A stretch of 64,000 bases of DNA from Hamiltosporidium tvaerminnensis FI-OER-3-3 (Eukaryota; Fungi; Microsporidia): positions 310,001 through 374,000 of the forward strand of contig JAKIMF020000007.1 of NCBI GenBank assembly GCA_022605425.2, in the 5' to 3' direction. The notes under the pieces were generated by a model. The model was not told the origin of the DNA, ran no database searches, and was given only the letters and a program-made list of their open reading frames with translations. A program made the position numbers and the translations under genes. Positions 39,513 to 52,977 of this stretch are shown in pieces (the stretch's first letter is position 1; each line of letters starts with the position of its first letter).

Positions 39513-40649
39513 TTAAAACAGGCGTAAAATATTTTTTAATGTAAAATATGTATAAAATATAGGAGAAATATTTTTTAATTATTATTAAATTGTTTATTAT
39601 AGGATAAAGTATATGGAAATTTTTTTTAATTATATTCATCGTTCCTAAAATAATTTGCTATTTCTATCTATAAATATAACAGTAAGTTATTTTGACTGTT
39701 TTTTTCAAAATTTTCTTTTTCACAAATATCAATATAATTTGATGTTTTTATTACGATTCGTACTTTAATTTTCTGGTAAATTGTTTTATTATTCATAGTT
39801 TTCATTGATTTACATGACGGATTAATCATAATATATTTTGAAGGTATAAATAAGACATTGGCAAAGAAGCCTAAGAAAGTATATTAATTTATATTTTGAT
39901 ACTTTGATACACAAATCGATTATGTAAGAATAATAGTTGAGCCACTTTCTTTATTACACCGACATTGAAATCAAGATCTTTACATTTAAAGAATATAAAA
40001 ATTGTATTAATTGTAAAATACATCCATAAGATATTACCCAACGTTTTTTATAATTTCAAATATTATTTGCTTAAGTTTAAACTATATTATAATGATATTT
40101 TTGGCGTTTTATAATTACAAAGAAAACGAGTATTTTTAATCCGTAAAAAAACAATATTTTAAGATTAAAACCCAAATGTATCCGTATTCTGGCTAAATCT
40201 ACAGTTTATTTTATTTTATTTTATTTTAATTTTATTCCAAATAAAATCTGCATTGGCAAATACATAAAGCAAAGATAATTATATCTTTTTAGACAGGTTT
40301 GGAGTTTTGGTTCTCTAAAAAACTTAAGATATAATAAGCTTTTGTAGTTAAAATCACATATCAAGTCATGGTATTGGATTTCATGACGTTTGTAGGTAAT
40401 TTCGTAAACTTTACCTGAACACGCTCACTAAGCAAAATAAATCGGAAAATAACACAGCAGGTATGAAATAAACTATATATTTCTTTAAACCCTTCTTTTA
40501 GACTTCACATTTTTAGATATCCATTCGAAACGTATTTGATTTAGAATATCCCAAAACTTCTCTCGCATCTATTATAAGATTCGAAAAAAATAATTCGTGT
40601 TTTTATTAAAATGTTGTAAAAATATTTTTAAAAATTGAATCTTAATTAA

Positions 40650-43600
40650 ATGCCGAAATCTTTTTATTTTTCTAATATTTTTGTATTCATTTTGAAATAG
40701 ATATTACAAGGAGAAATTTTGGCAGCAAAATACAAAAAAAATATTGAAATAAAGGCTTAAAACAACGCAGATTAAGTCAATAAAAGTGGGGATGCGATGC
40801 AAAACGGTAGGTAACACCTACCGGCAAATTACCTAGCCTCCTTTTCCCATACAACATCAACCATCAAGCCAAACATGCAGTAACTTGCAAAATAGTGGGC
40901 TCGACACCTTATTTTTGCCTAATACACCACTTCCTTCTTTGGTTAAAGTCTCTGCGTGCGAGCAATCGTACGACATGACAAACCATGTACTCCAGCTATT
41001 ACAGAAGGTAACAAGCTAATGGCTTTGCGGAAGATATTCGATTCCGTAGCAGCCGACTTAAAGAAATGAACTCGAATTTTTTTTTTCGCAGTACAGACAA
41101 GGTTTGAAAGAATGCCAAGAATGGCTAGACAGAGCTTCACAAAATTAATGTGAAATTTGGCTGCGCTGAAACTCTCGAAGTGTTAAAAAAAATTGGCACA
41201 AAGTGAGATGGGAAAAGAAGTAAAATCAGAAGAGAATGGAGAGCGACGTAGAATCGCAACTTTCTTCGCTAATACATGCACCCTGTCCGACACGACAGTG
41301 TACATAAACTTGAGAGATAAACTTTTTAGTAAAACCAAAGAAATTTCGGAAAAAGAAATTGAAAAGGTGGAGATCCGAACTAGAAAAAATCCAAATAAAT
41401 TAGTTGATAGTAAAGTTCTGGATCTCATTAATCGAGTAGTTTGTGAATATGCCAAAGCTCATGTACCTAATTCAATTACGGAAACCGCGTATATCATGCA
41501 AGCTGCGCAGGTATGCTATGACGAGGCCACACGTAAAGAGAAGCCTAGATCCGCTTGAAAGGAAAACATAGAAAGTCAAATTTCTAAGTTAGTACTTTCC
41601 AAAGATCTTCGCGAGAAAGCTCGGTAACAGTATAAGCTCTTCCCTTCGGAAACAAAAAGCTTTATGAAATCATGCGAGAGTTTAATTTGAACTTGAGCAG
41701 TGTAACTGATCTTTCTGAGGCTTTAGTTAAGAAGAATGAGTCTTTGAATGTTTACGAGAAAAAAATTACGATGCATGAAAGTAGGAAGCAATTCCGAAAA
41801 GAAAATCGTATGTTTGAGCTTTTCCGAGGTCGATTTTATCGTGGGTTATCTGAGCGTGTGAAATCCGAGATTGTGGTGAGTAGTGATGAAATTGTGAGTT
41901 TTTGGTCTACAATGTGGAACAAAAATACCGACACAGTCACTTATGAAAATTATTTGATTCCCTTTGTATCAGATAATCATCCGACCATGTTTCTTTTACT
42001 TGATGAATTTGTAAATATCATTAATTGGCTTCCTAATTGGAAAGCTGCTGGAATTGATGGTATTTACAATTTTTTCATTTAGAAACTTACAACTCTTCAC
42101 AAATATCTTTATGATATTGTGAAAGGCATATATTTAGAAGAGGTAAAGTAAGCCGATTAGTTCTTGTGCGGACTACAGTATTTGATACCGAAAGGAATTC
42201 CGCGAGGAAGCTCTGTTACAGAACAATACTTGTATCTTCAACCTCTACAAGTTAACGACAAAGTGTGTAACGAAAGTCGTTCAATTTTAAGTGGAAAAGC
42301 GTGGGTAGCTTGCAGAGAATAAATTAGTGACGGTAAGAGATGTGCGAGGAGCTAAAAAATAGGCCTTTACTCAACATTGTCTTAAATGAAAAGTATGACA
42401 GCAATCTTGGGGCACCATAGATTGATGTCAATTTCGATTAAATTCAATATATCATGCTTATTAATCTCGATGCATAAAACTACTATATTTAACTGATTGG
42501 ATCATGAAACTTATTAAAGTAATTATCAGCAATAGAATATTGATATATCATTGGAGCCTGAAAAAACCAGGAGCAAGAAGATTGAGAGAGTAATTCTGCA
42601 CGGAGATAGTCTGACACTATTTTATTTGTTTGTGTATGAATTATTTGAGCCAAAAGCTTAATGAAAAATACACAAAGGTGGCCTTTCATATATGTAAAGT
42701 CTCATATTACCCACATTCTTTTTTTAATTGATGATCTAAGTTCTTTGCTGAAAAGGTTTGATATTAAGCGCTATGACAGGTGAGGCAAATGAATTTAAAA
42801 TGGAAATAGGTTAGAGTTAAAAAGAAGTAGCTACAAATTATACATGTTGTGAAGATACTGGATCTCTTCTAGAAGGTGTTGCTGTTTACAAAACATTTAA
42901 AAATAATAAGAGATAGCAGAAGAATCTCAAAACGTAGCATTCGATGAAGTAGACAGCAAACTTCTAAAGACTTGAAAGATTTTGCAAACTTCTCAAAGTT
43001 AGATGATGCAGTGCGTGCGGTGTTGGTAAAGAATAAGATACATCTTCGCCCGGGATGTAAAGAGCGTTTGTACCTTCCCAGAACAGAACTTGGAAGAGGC
43101 CTTCATAGTGTTGAGTTGCGAAGCGAAAATATGCTTCTGCAACTCTTGGATTGTCTCGAAAAATGTAAAAAAATATCAACTAGACGAGCAGAACTCCTCA
43201 AGGTGGAGAATAATAATAACCCCCATCTTGCACTAATAAAAGGGTTCTTAAAAGTAAAGTACAGGTTGGTAGAAGAAGTCACTAAGAAAAGTTCAGAAGA
43301 AGCTTTACTTGCAAAACTATAGAACGAAATAGAAACGCTAAAACTTCATTCAAAGTTATATAATGCAAGAAAAAATGAGCTTGTGAGTGTTAGTGACTCT
43401 TCAAAATGACTAAGTAGAGGGAATATTAGGCCGCGTTATGAAGCAGTGTTCTGTATATTTCAGGATAGAAATGTATTCTGGAGTGCAGATCGTTTGTGTC
43501 AACATTGCGAGAAGTCTGGTAAGACTGTTAATCATCTAGCAACTCGATGTGAAAAATGCTAGGCTATGATTACACCAGACTGAATAATGAAGTGGTTAGA

Positions 43601-44363
43601 TACCTACACATAGTTCTCTTAAATAAATATAAGTTTAAGTCTTCAAAACGAATTAGGAGTCACCCAGAACAAGAAATTCTTGATAATGAGTATGCAGAGA
43701 TAAGAGTGGACACCAGAATAAAAACAGATGTTAAAATTGGAATAATAGACCAACATATTTATTTTAGATAAGAAGAAGAATAATATAAAACTCATTGAAA
43801 TAGGAATCACTTCCCAAGATTCACTTCAAATAGTTGAAACTGAAAAACTTAAGAAGTATGATCGACAAGCCACTGAGTTGAGTCTTATTTATAAGTGTAG
43901 TGTTGAAATAATCCCTTATGTGATGACCTGGGTCGGTATTGTGACAAAATACCATGAAGCTCATATTAAAAGACTAGAAATACCCATGAATGTAGAGGCA
44001 TACATTCAGGCTATAGTACTTAAGAAGACAGTCGAAACAATTTCCTTTGTTCAAGCAAGAGGACTTGATTCGAGATATAATGTCGAAGATAGCTGGAAAA
44101 GAACGTCGAAGTGTTTTTTATCATAGCAGAGATGTATGAGACACCAACACCCTCTTAAAACAAGCGAGTATAGAGGAAGATGGTAAAAAAATAAAAGCAA
44201 AAAATAATACACCTCATATTTCACAAGGAGGAGCCACGTTTGAGGAATCGACGATAAACATAAAGAAAGACCGGATTTCGAAGAAGAAACAACAATGGTA
44301 AAAGAGGTGAAGAAAATGCATAAAGATCGTAGAACAATTTAAACCCAGAATTTTATTAAATAA
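40650..44363 (+). mobile_element. Degraded near full-length copy of the RLE non-LTR retrotransposon
   Basis: Protein fragments nearly identical to copy 1 (CYDEATRKEKPRSA, MREFNLNLSSVTDLS, DDAVRAVLVKNKIHLRPG, IPYVMTW); same 3' end (AACCCAGAATTTTATTAAATAAA). The 5' boundary is approximate. Confidence 0.9.
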
Positions 44364-44455
44364 ATTGATAATATATTAATTTTAAAATTTAATAGGTTAT
44401 TATCATTAATTAAAATCTCTTTTTGATTATTTAATAAAAAAAATTCCAGCCAGGA

Positions 44456-46840
44456 ATGCTGATAAGTGTTTTTTTTACGGTAAATACAAAAACATATTTT
44501 TTTACAAAGAAACAACATATAGTTATTTTACTAATGAGATTACTATGCGCAACATCTTCTGCTACTGTGAATTTCTTTGTTATAAACGATGAAAATTGTA
44601 TACAGAATTTGTTTGCTAGTGATTTAACACTTGAAATGATATTTGCAGAAAATAAGTCGGTAATTTGGATAAATGAAGAAGAAAAAATTACAATTTTTAA
44701 AAATAACATTTTACGATATGAAGCGCCTTCTAAACAACCTAAATATTACAATCCAAATATTCATACTTTACATCATTGGAATAACATGCTATTCAATTCC
44801 AAACTCATAAAAAAACATTTGGATTCTAAAAGTACAAATATAAAGATATTTTTAAAAGATATCTCATATCCTGCTCTACTTTTATTTCTTAAATTAATAG
44901 ATAATTCAGATAGTTTTATTAGTCAGATAAATATACAAGATTTCTTAGATATATTATTAATTATCACCATCTTATATATTGAAAAAACAAAAGAAAGAGA
45001 TTATTTTTTAAAAGATTTATTAAGAAATGTTATGTCTGAAATGCTTAGGCAAGATTCTACTTTGTACTTTGATAATAATCTTTGTAGATATCATTATAGT
45101 TATATTAAAAAGTCTCTTTTTATGGATATATGGATATTTTTTATTAATTTTATAACATTTGATGATAAAAGTGCACAGATATTCATTGTATTATCAGGGA
45201 ATAGAAATTTGTGCTTTAAAAGGACATATATGTTTTCTGATTCCTATACTTCGCTAAAAAAAATCGAAAATAATCAACTATATCTAAGATTTGATGATAT
45301 CAGTATTAGAAATATATATAAAATTAGAAACCAGAAACATTATATGAATACATGGATATTTCTATTAAAGATAGTAGATCTGGATTTACTTTATTTGGTT
45401 TTTTCAACTGAAGAAATTTATAAAAAAGCAACCGTACTTTTTTCAAGCGTAACATTCAATGCTGAAAAACTTTATATTGTTACTGCTAAAAATTCAATTA
45501 AATTGTTCTTGAACAAACAAATCCCAGTTATTTCAAATAAATTAAAAGTATTAAAATTGGAATCTAGTTTGACTTCAGAAGATTTTAAAAAATTATTTGG
45601 TTTTTGTGGTGATATAACCAAACTTACACTGAAATTAGAAAGTTTGGATTTTCAAGGGTTAAAAATTATCAAAAAATTCTGTTTAATGAATTTGAATAAA
45701 ACTTGCAATATATTCTGCAAAATCTATGAACTTTTGAATACTGATTTTGAAAGAATAAAAAAAATTCCAAATAATTTAAAAATATACGCTAGTAAATTAC
45801 AAACGAGATCAGTTGATATAGAACTTTCTACGGTTAGTACATTTTTTCCAAGTATTTATTCTTATAAGTATATCTATTTGAAAAATTTGAGTTTATATAA
45901 TTTTTTTCTACTTTTAGAATGTTTTAAATTTAAATCTGTAAGCTTTGATTTTACGAAAAATTCATCGCCGTATAAATTAGAAGATTCTGTATATAGATAC
46001 CTAAGATATATTCAAACCATAAAATACATGTTTTTAGCAAATATATATATCGGGGATACACTGTTCGAGTATGTTTTAGATTCAAATACGATTGTATCAC
46101 TTGATCTATCGAATTCTGTTTGTTCATATAATTTGAAGTTTCTTTCTACCAATCCTATGACGAATGAAAAATTAAAAACAATCGCTATAAATACTATATC
46201 TTCGGGTATTGACTCAAGCTTTTTGATTTATTTAAATAACTTCAAGGCCATTGAAATTTTTATTTTGCTAAATACTGAAATTTCATTTACAACATCATTA
46301 GAAGAAAACAATCATTATAATTTCATAGTCGAAGAGGAAAGTAAAATACATTTGAAATATTTGGAAGTAAAAACAAAACCAGATAGTATGGAATCATCAA
46401 ATTATTTGAATTTTTTATCTAAAATATATAATTTTTCTTCGCTCTTGAGTATTGTCTATTGCGTATTCAGCATTTCGGAAATAGAATATCAATATTTTCT
46501 AAAAATGAAACAACTTGAAAGTATGCGTTTGAAAATCAGAAACCGAACCGAGTGTATTGATTTTGGAAATGTATTCAACTATGAATCTTTTAATACAATC
46601 ATTTTGTTATTAATCGATGTATGTTTAATTCGAATAAAGGATATCGAAATTTTTAAGAAATTTAAAAATCTTGGATATTTTTCGATATATTGTGATAATT
46701 TTGACAATGGATCTATATTTTATATCAAAAAAAAAGATTTTAAAAGAACAGTTCTGGTTATAGAAAGACCTAATAGAGCCAGTAGATCTAAGGAAATTAA
46801 TAACTATCTTGATTCTGAATTCAGGTTTAAATTTACTTAG
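44456..46840 (+). CDS. 794-aa multigene-family protein, paralogue 2
   Basis: Long intact ORF; its N-terminal ~540 bp block is nearly identical to paralogue 1 while the C-terminal part is strongly diverged. Confidence 0.9.
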   Translation: MLISVFFTVNTKTYFFTKKQHIVILLMRLLCATSSATVNFFVINDENCIQNLFASDLTLEMIFAENKSVIWINEEEKITIFKNNILRYEAPSKQPKYYNPNIHTLHHWNNMLFNSKLIKKHLDSKSTNIKIFLKDISYPALLLFLKLIDNSDSFISQINIQDFLDILLIITILYIEKTKERDYFLKDLLRNVMSEMLRQDSTLYFDNNLCRYHYSYIKKSLFMDIWIFFINFITFDDKSAQIFIVLSGNRNLCFKRTYMFSDSYTSLKKIENNQLYLRFDDISIRNIYKIRNQKHYMNTWIFLLKIVDLDLLYLVFSTEEIYKKATVLFSSVTFNAEKLYIVTAKNSIKLFLNKQIPVISNKLKVLKLESSLTSEDFKKLFGFCGDITKLTLKLESLDFQGLKIIKKFCLMNLNKTCNIFCKIYELLNTDFERIKKIPNNLKIYASKLQTRSVDIELSTVSTFFPSIYSYKYIYLKNLSLYNFFLLLECFKFKSVSFDFTKNSSPYKLEDSVYRYLRYIQTIKYMFLANIYIGDTLFEYVLDSNTIVSLDLSNSVCSYNLKFLSTNPMTNEKLKTIAINTISSGIDSSFLIYLNNFKAIEIFILLNTEISFTTSLEENNHYNFIVEEESKIHLKYLEVKTKPDSMESSNYLNFLSKIYNFSSLLSIVYCVFSISEIEYQYFLKMKQLESMRLKIRNRTECIDFGNVFNYESFNTIILLLIDVCLIRIKDIEIFKKFKNLGYFSIYCDNFDNGSIFYIKKKDFKRTVLVIERPNRASRSKEINNYLDSEFRFKFT

Positions 46841-49658
46841 CTATTGTATCTTTCCCGGAACTTCTGGGAAATATTTTATCAAGAGAATTCTGTATTATGA
46901 ATGTTGTTACTCGCTTTCGATTTTAATCACACGGATAATAGTTGACCAACTTATATCGTACCTTAAAATATTTTTACATGTAAATATTAGGAAATAAACA
47001 TCATTTTCTCTAAATATTATATTTATATGGTCATAATTCATTTATATTTTTTTGTAATTTCCTAATTTTGGATTCAATCGATTTTTGGACATATTAATAT
47101 GTTTTGTCGTTGTATTCAAATTTTTAATTTTAAACAGGCTTTAATTCGAAAAGAAACTGTTTAATAATTTCTTTTGAATTTTGAAATTTGCATGTTTCCA
47201 ATTTTTTTTACTTTACCCCATCTAGGCAATTAAGCAAAAAAAAACTACAATTTTTATACCAGTCTGTATTATCTGAAGCCAAAAAATCGCATTAATATAT
47301 TTTGCTATTTTCGGTTAAGTTTTTGGAACATTTCTTACAAAATATTAAAAAGCCTTAAAAATAGAAATCGTTTTTTTAACTATTTCCTTCAGACTTAACA
47401 ATACAATTATTCTAATAATATAGATAAAATAAAACAAATTTATTTAAGAGAAATCAGATTTTTTAATAGTATAGCCATATGTTGCGATATTTTTACAAAG
47501 ATGGTACTAATACGTCCGTAAAATTATTTATATTATATGAAGTGAATACTGATCTAAGGTTCATAATGAATTATAGAACAAAACAATATTTTTTGTTAAA
47601 AGAATCATATACATCTATTTTTGTTTGTATTAGCTATAGAAAAAAATAAAATCCACATATTCAAATTAAGTTAGCGAGATAACTAGCCAACCTATAAAAA
47701 CGAAGTTAAATTCAAAAATCACTGTAATATCTGATATATTGAAAAAAATGATTTTTTTTTGATTTCAAAATTACAATAGATATTTCTAATTTGTAAAAAA
47801 ACATATATTTGTGGTTGTGTTTTTATTTTGTTACATAGGATAAAACCTTTACCCCACAATATATATTTATGCTTTATTACTTCAAATATAGGTTTTAGGC
47901 TATGATCTTGTGATTTAATATGTAAGTATTTATAATTAAAAACATCTAGTCGCAATTTGAAACGAGAATAGAATCATTTCGATCTTTTCCTTTCGCTTTG
48001 TTTGTATTTTTTTATAGTGTTTCTTTTGATAAATTGAAAAAACGAAAAATAAATGAGTTTATGGGTTGGAACATAGATCCAAATGCAAATTACCGCATTA
48101 AAATTTATATTGCCCTAATATATATATAAACGAAGAGGATTGACTTTAGGATATAAGTAACGATCAATTTTTATTTTTAGTTAAATAACAAAATCTTTCA
48201 TATATGCTTACTGATTCTTAATAGACGCTACGATCTCCTTTATAGAAATGTTAACATAATAAAATAAAATAAAATCAACTCTAATGTTTTAAAAGATCGT
48301 AATCATGATTCCGAAATCATAAACTAACTTATTATTTTACTTTCTTCACTTTACTTTGAAATTTAAAAACCACAAAACGTTTGGCAAATTTACACTATTA
48401 AATAAAACCCGAATTTTGTATGGTTTTTATTTTATCATGCTATTAGTCTTGAAGCCCTGCTCAAGGTATTCCGAAACACAATTCTTGGAATTTTAAATCG
48501 AATGCTAGATGTTTCTGCGAATATATTTTAATAATAAGTTTATTCCAAAGTAAAAAGATTTTTCGTAATTGGTTTTTTAACCTAGATATAGTTCTCTTCT
48601 TTTATGTCTCAAACTAAATTAATATTAATTGAGATTGCTTGAACTCAATTCGAGCATTTTTAATTCATTTCGAATTTACATATAGGGCTCATAAATACGC
48701 TCTAATCCGGAACTTACTCCCATCTGCTAATCTTAAACTCAAATAAAGAGAGGATTATCGGGTATGGATTCCATGGTCGTATCTCAAAAACACTATGGTC
48801 ATGAAACCGAAAAGAAATTCAGAACTACATTAAATTAACTTCGGCAAAAAATATAAACACTAAAAAAGCCATAAGACACGTTGAGAGATTTAATAATCTA
48901 TAATTTCAGATGAAGGTCCCTAGCTAGTCTCACTAAAAACCAGAGAAATAAATTGATACATAGACTTACAAAAAACAATATAGAAAAGTTAGTGGTTTTT
49001 ATAAACAAAGAATACACGGTGTTTACTTAAAAAAACAGTACATATCTTTTCGAATAAGCTTTTGGTGTCAAAAAAAATATACCTTATGGCGTTTAGAATA
49101 CAAAAATATATATAAACGACTGCAATCTAAAAAAAAGTTCTACATTTTCTAAATTACCTTGATACATACTAATATTCCAATGAAAAATACAAACGATAAC
49201 CGAAAAAGGATGAATCATATGATATTTTATATGATTATATGGCAAATTCTTATTATATATTAAACTTTGAATTTAAAATCTCAAGAGAAAATATTAAGCT
49301 AATTTACTACCAAGCTGTTATCTTAAGTGACAGTATTGGTTTAGAATCAAATATATTTTTTTTGAATTGTTCGATTCTGGCAGCAAGATCACTATCGATT
49401 CAACTATTGCTTAAACAGAATAAAATGAACAACTCAACCAGTGTAATCTGAATAGTAATACTGATAAACAAGGTGAACAGGTATTATTGCCTTAAAAATG
49501 TGTCAAGTGTTAAGTATTTTAAGAAGTGTTAATCTAGACAGCCATCATTATTAGTAAAGATAAAATACAGACTATGGCTATAGTTGCTAACGATAGTTAA
49601 AATTATAGTACCAAATTATTTTATCGTGATAAATTTTTTCTTTTAGTATTAGAATGAA

Positions 49659-49895
49659 TCCCCCCTCATATCGCGAACAGCTTTGGCTTAGAATATTCTC
49701 TGCTTGTCGTAAGAGGCGACTAGAAGGGACTAATCCTAAGAGTTGGGCTTGGACTTAAGGCTAACAACCCCCTCTTTAAAATCACCTTATTACGAAACCA
49801 GAAAAAGTAAACAAACCCACTAGAAAAAGACCAGTAAATGATATTACTAAGAAAGGCCAAGGCTCTTGTAGGGCTGAAGTGCCGAAGATGAATAA
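49659..49895 (+). mobile_element. ~235-bp RTE-like non-autonomous (bipartite) element, copy 1
   Basis: Homologous to the reverse complement of 57087-57315. 5' motifs GCTTGTCGTAAGAGGCGACTA and GGCTAACAACCC; 3' motif AGGCCAAGGC...AGGGCTG.AGTGCC..GATGAAT, reminiscent of RTE-clade UTRs. Confidence 0.65.
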
Positions 49896-49954
49896 ATTTC
49901 ATAATTTACTTGTATATCATAGCCTGCTTTTTAAAACTTTTATATGATTTTTTA

Positions 49955-50182
49955 TTTTACTTACTTACATACTTATTCCTATCATCTTTTACCTTACAGT
50001 TCGAGAAAGAACCAATGAAAAACTACAATTGTTTATGTCAATCGGTTATAACTCGGTATTATAGAAGATTGGCCTATAGATCCTAATGTAGTTTTTCGCC
50101 CACCAAAATGTACAATAATTTTCCAGTAACTTTACAATCCTTTCGCCAAACCGACGGTTTTTAATGTGGTTAATCACTTCCG
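49955..50182 (-). mobile_element. ~230-bp SINE-like element, family B, copy 2
   Basis: Reverse complement aligns with 10367-10592 and ends in a (GTAA)-like short tandem tail (plus strand TTACTTACTTACATAC). Confidence 0.6.
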
Positions 50183-50582
50183 TTGGATATATTATTATAA
50201 AAACCATAATTATATTTTTATAGAATGTTTAGAAAATCCAGAAGAGTAGATTCATTAAACTAAGCTCCATTTTGTTCATCTTTCTGAAATATTAAGTGAA
50301 TTCAGACTTCAATAACCAGAGTTGGGAAAAATTTCAATCAAAATAGATTTTATAGAACTAAATTTTGTCTACTTGACTTTGAATTTGATCACTTATTTCA
50401 TTATAGATAGTATATGGAAACTTCTAAGATTATTTAAAACATCTATTTATATTTATTTATTTTTATCCATATAAAATGTACTTAAGAACATAATAATATC
50501 AAAAATTTAATTTAATTAGTTATTATCATTAATAAAAATCTTTTTATTTAATTCTTTAATTAATTTTTTTTTCTGGCCAGGA

Positions 50583-52977
50583 ATGTCTGTAAATGCTTAT
50601 TTTACTATAAAGAATCTAACATATATTTATACAAGAAATCAACATATAGCTATTTTGCTAATGAAATTACTATGCGGACTATCCTTAGCCACCGTGAGTT
50701 TTTTTTGTTTTAAACGATGAGAATTGTATAACGGATTTATGTCATAGCGAAATAAATTTGGAAATGATATTTGCAGAAAATAAGTCGGTAGAGTGTATAA
50801 ATGAAGAAGAAAAAATTACAATTTTTAAAAATAACATTTTACGATATGAAGCGCCTTCTATTCAACCTAAATATTACAATCCAAATATTCATACTTTACA
50901 TTATTGGACTAACATGCTATTCAATTCCAAACTCATAAAAAAACATTTGGATTCTAAAAGTACAAATATTAAGATATTTTTAAAAGATATCTCCTATACT
51001 TCTTTGCTTTTATTTCTCAAATTGATAGACAATTCAGATAGTTTTATTAGTCAGATAAATATACAAGATTTTTTAGATATATTATTAATTATCACCATAT
51101 TAGATATTGAAAAAACAAAAGAAAGAGATTATTTTTTAAGAGACTTATTAAGAAATATTATGTTTGGGGTAAATATTTCAGATTTGGCTTTTGTCTTAGA
51201 AAAATATTATGATAGCTATCATTACAGACACATAAGAAAGTCGATTTTTATGGGTTTATGGATAAATTTTATTGGTTTTGTAACATTTAAAGATAAAAGA
51301 GCACAAAGATTTATTTTTTTATCAGGAAAGCGAAGTTTTAGTTCAAGAAATTATAAATCGATCACTGATAATAAGATTGCACTTAAAAAAACAGCCAAAA
51401 ATAAACTATATATAAGATTAAATGATATTTATACTAAAAAGATAAGCAAAATAATAGACCTATCGTATTTAATGAATATATGGGTATTTCTTTTGAAAAT
51501 TACAAATTTAGATATTCTTTTTCTTATATATTTTAAGATCGAAACCTACAAAAACTTTACAAGACTTTTTTCAAACTATATGTTTCGAACGGAAAACCTA
51601 TATATTCGTTCTTTTGATTTAGCTTTGGATTTTTTCTTAAAAAGTGTAAATGTTTTTTCGAATAAATTAAAAGTGTTCAAATTTGAAGGAACCTTGAATT
51701 CGTTAGAACTTAAAAAATTATTGGGGATATGTACGAATGTTAAGAATATCACATTAAAAATCAGAATATTAGATTCAGAAAAGTTGCGTTTATTAATAGA
51801 TTTTTGTTTGAATAATCCAAATGTATTTTGTAAATTTTTATGTTATAGTTATGAAGTATTACATGCTGATATTGAAATCATACATCAGATTCCGAATAAT
51901 TTTATGTTTTATGCTATGAAATGTCAGAATGAATCTCCCAGTCCGCATCTGCTCGCAAAGATTATTCCATTTTTTAATCTCTATCATCATTCATATATAC
52001 ATTCAGAATTTGTGGAACTTTCAAAAAATTTCGGTCTTTTCAAATGTTTTAAATATAAATTCATAGAATTTCATTTCGAACAAAATTCTAGACCGTACGA
52101 ATTCAAAAAAAAAGATCTTAAATTGCTAAGATGTTTCGATGCTATAAAATATTTATTCTTTGCAAATGTATCTGTCGATAATGAATTTTTTATGTATGTT
52201 CTGGAATCGAAAACAATTGCTTGTTTTCAACTAACAAATTTCATTTGCGAATATGATTCAAAATACTTTGAAAGCTACGCAACAAATAATCAAGAACTGC
52301 GAAATTTTGTGGTGAGTGATTCAAAATCATATATCAGTTCTACCTTTTTAGTCTACCTAACAAAGTTCGAATGTGTTTCATGTTTTACATTAAAAAACAT
52401 ACAATTAAAATTCGAAGCATTATATTGCTCAAGGTTTTATCGTTTTTTTCAAAGTCGAGTTGGTAATAATCAAAACAAAATTTATTTAAAATATTTAGAA
52501 ATTAGAGCAGCAACAGATAATACAGATTGTGTGAACTATTTACATTTCTTATCTAATATTTATGATTTTTCAAATATTTTAAATATTATCTATTTTGTGC
52601 ATGAACTAAGAGAAATTGAATTTGCCTTTTTTAGCACAATGACTAAGCTCGAAGCAATTACTGTTAAGGTTTATGCGAAATATTTTCAAATAGATTGGAA
52701 AAATATCTTCCTTAGCCGAGAATTATTTAATACTATTCTTGTGATAGATATTAGCACCCATGTAATTCGAATAGACGATATAAATGTTTTTAAACTATTT
52801 AAGAATCTTAAGGTATTGTCTTTATCTTGTGAAGTACTTGATTTTGACACGATTCATACTATTAAAAAAACGGATTTTAAAAACACCAACTTGAAAATAA
52901 AAAAACCGAGTAGAGCCAATAGAACAGCAGAAATTAACAATTATCTTGATTCTGAATTTAATACAAACTTTCTTTGA
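50583..52977 (+). CDS. Multigene-family paralogue 3, with a +1 frameshift in a T8 run at 50699-50706 (possible pseudogene)
   Basis: The ATG at 50583 gives MSVNAYFTIKNLTYIYTRNQHIAILLMKLLCGLSLATVSFF, homologous to the paralogue 2 leader but out of frame by one base with the 739-aa ORF 50758-52977. Confidence 0.85.
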
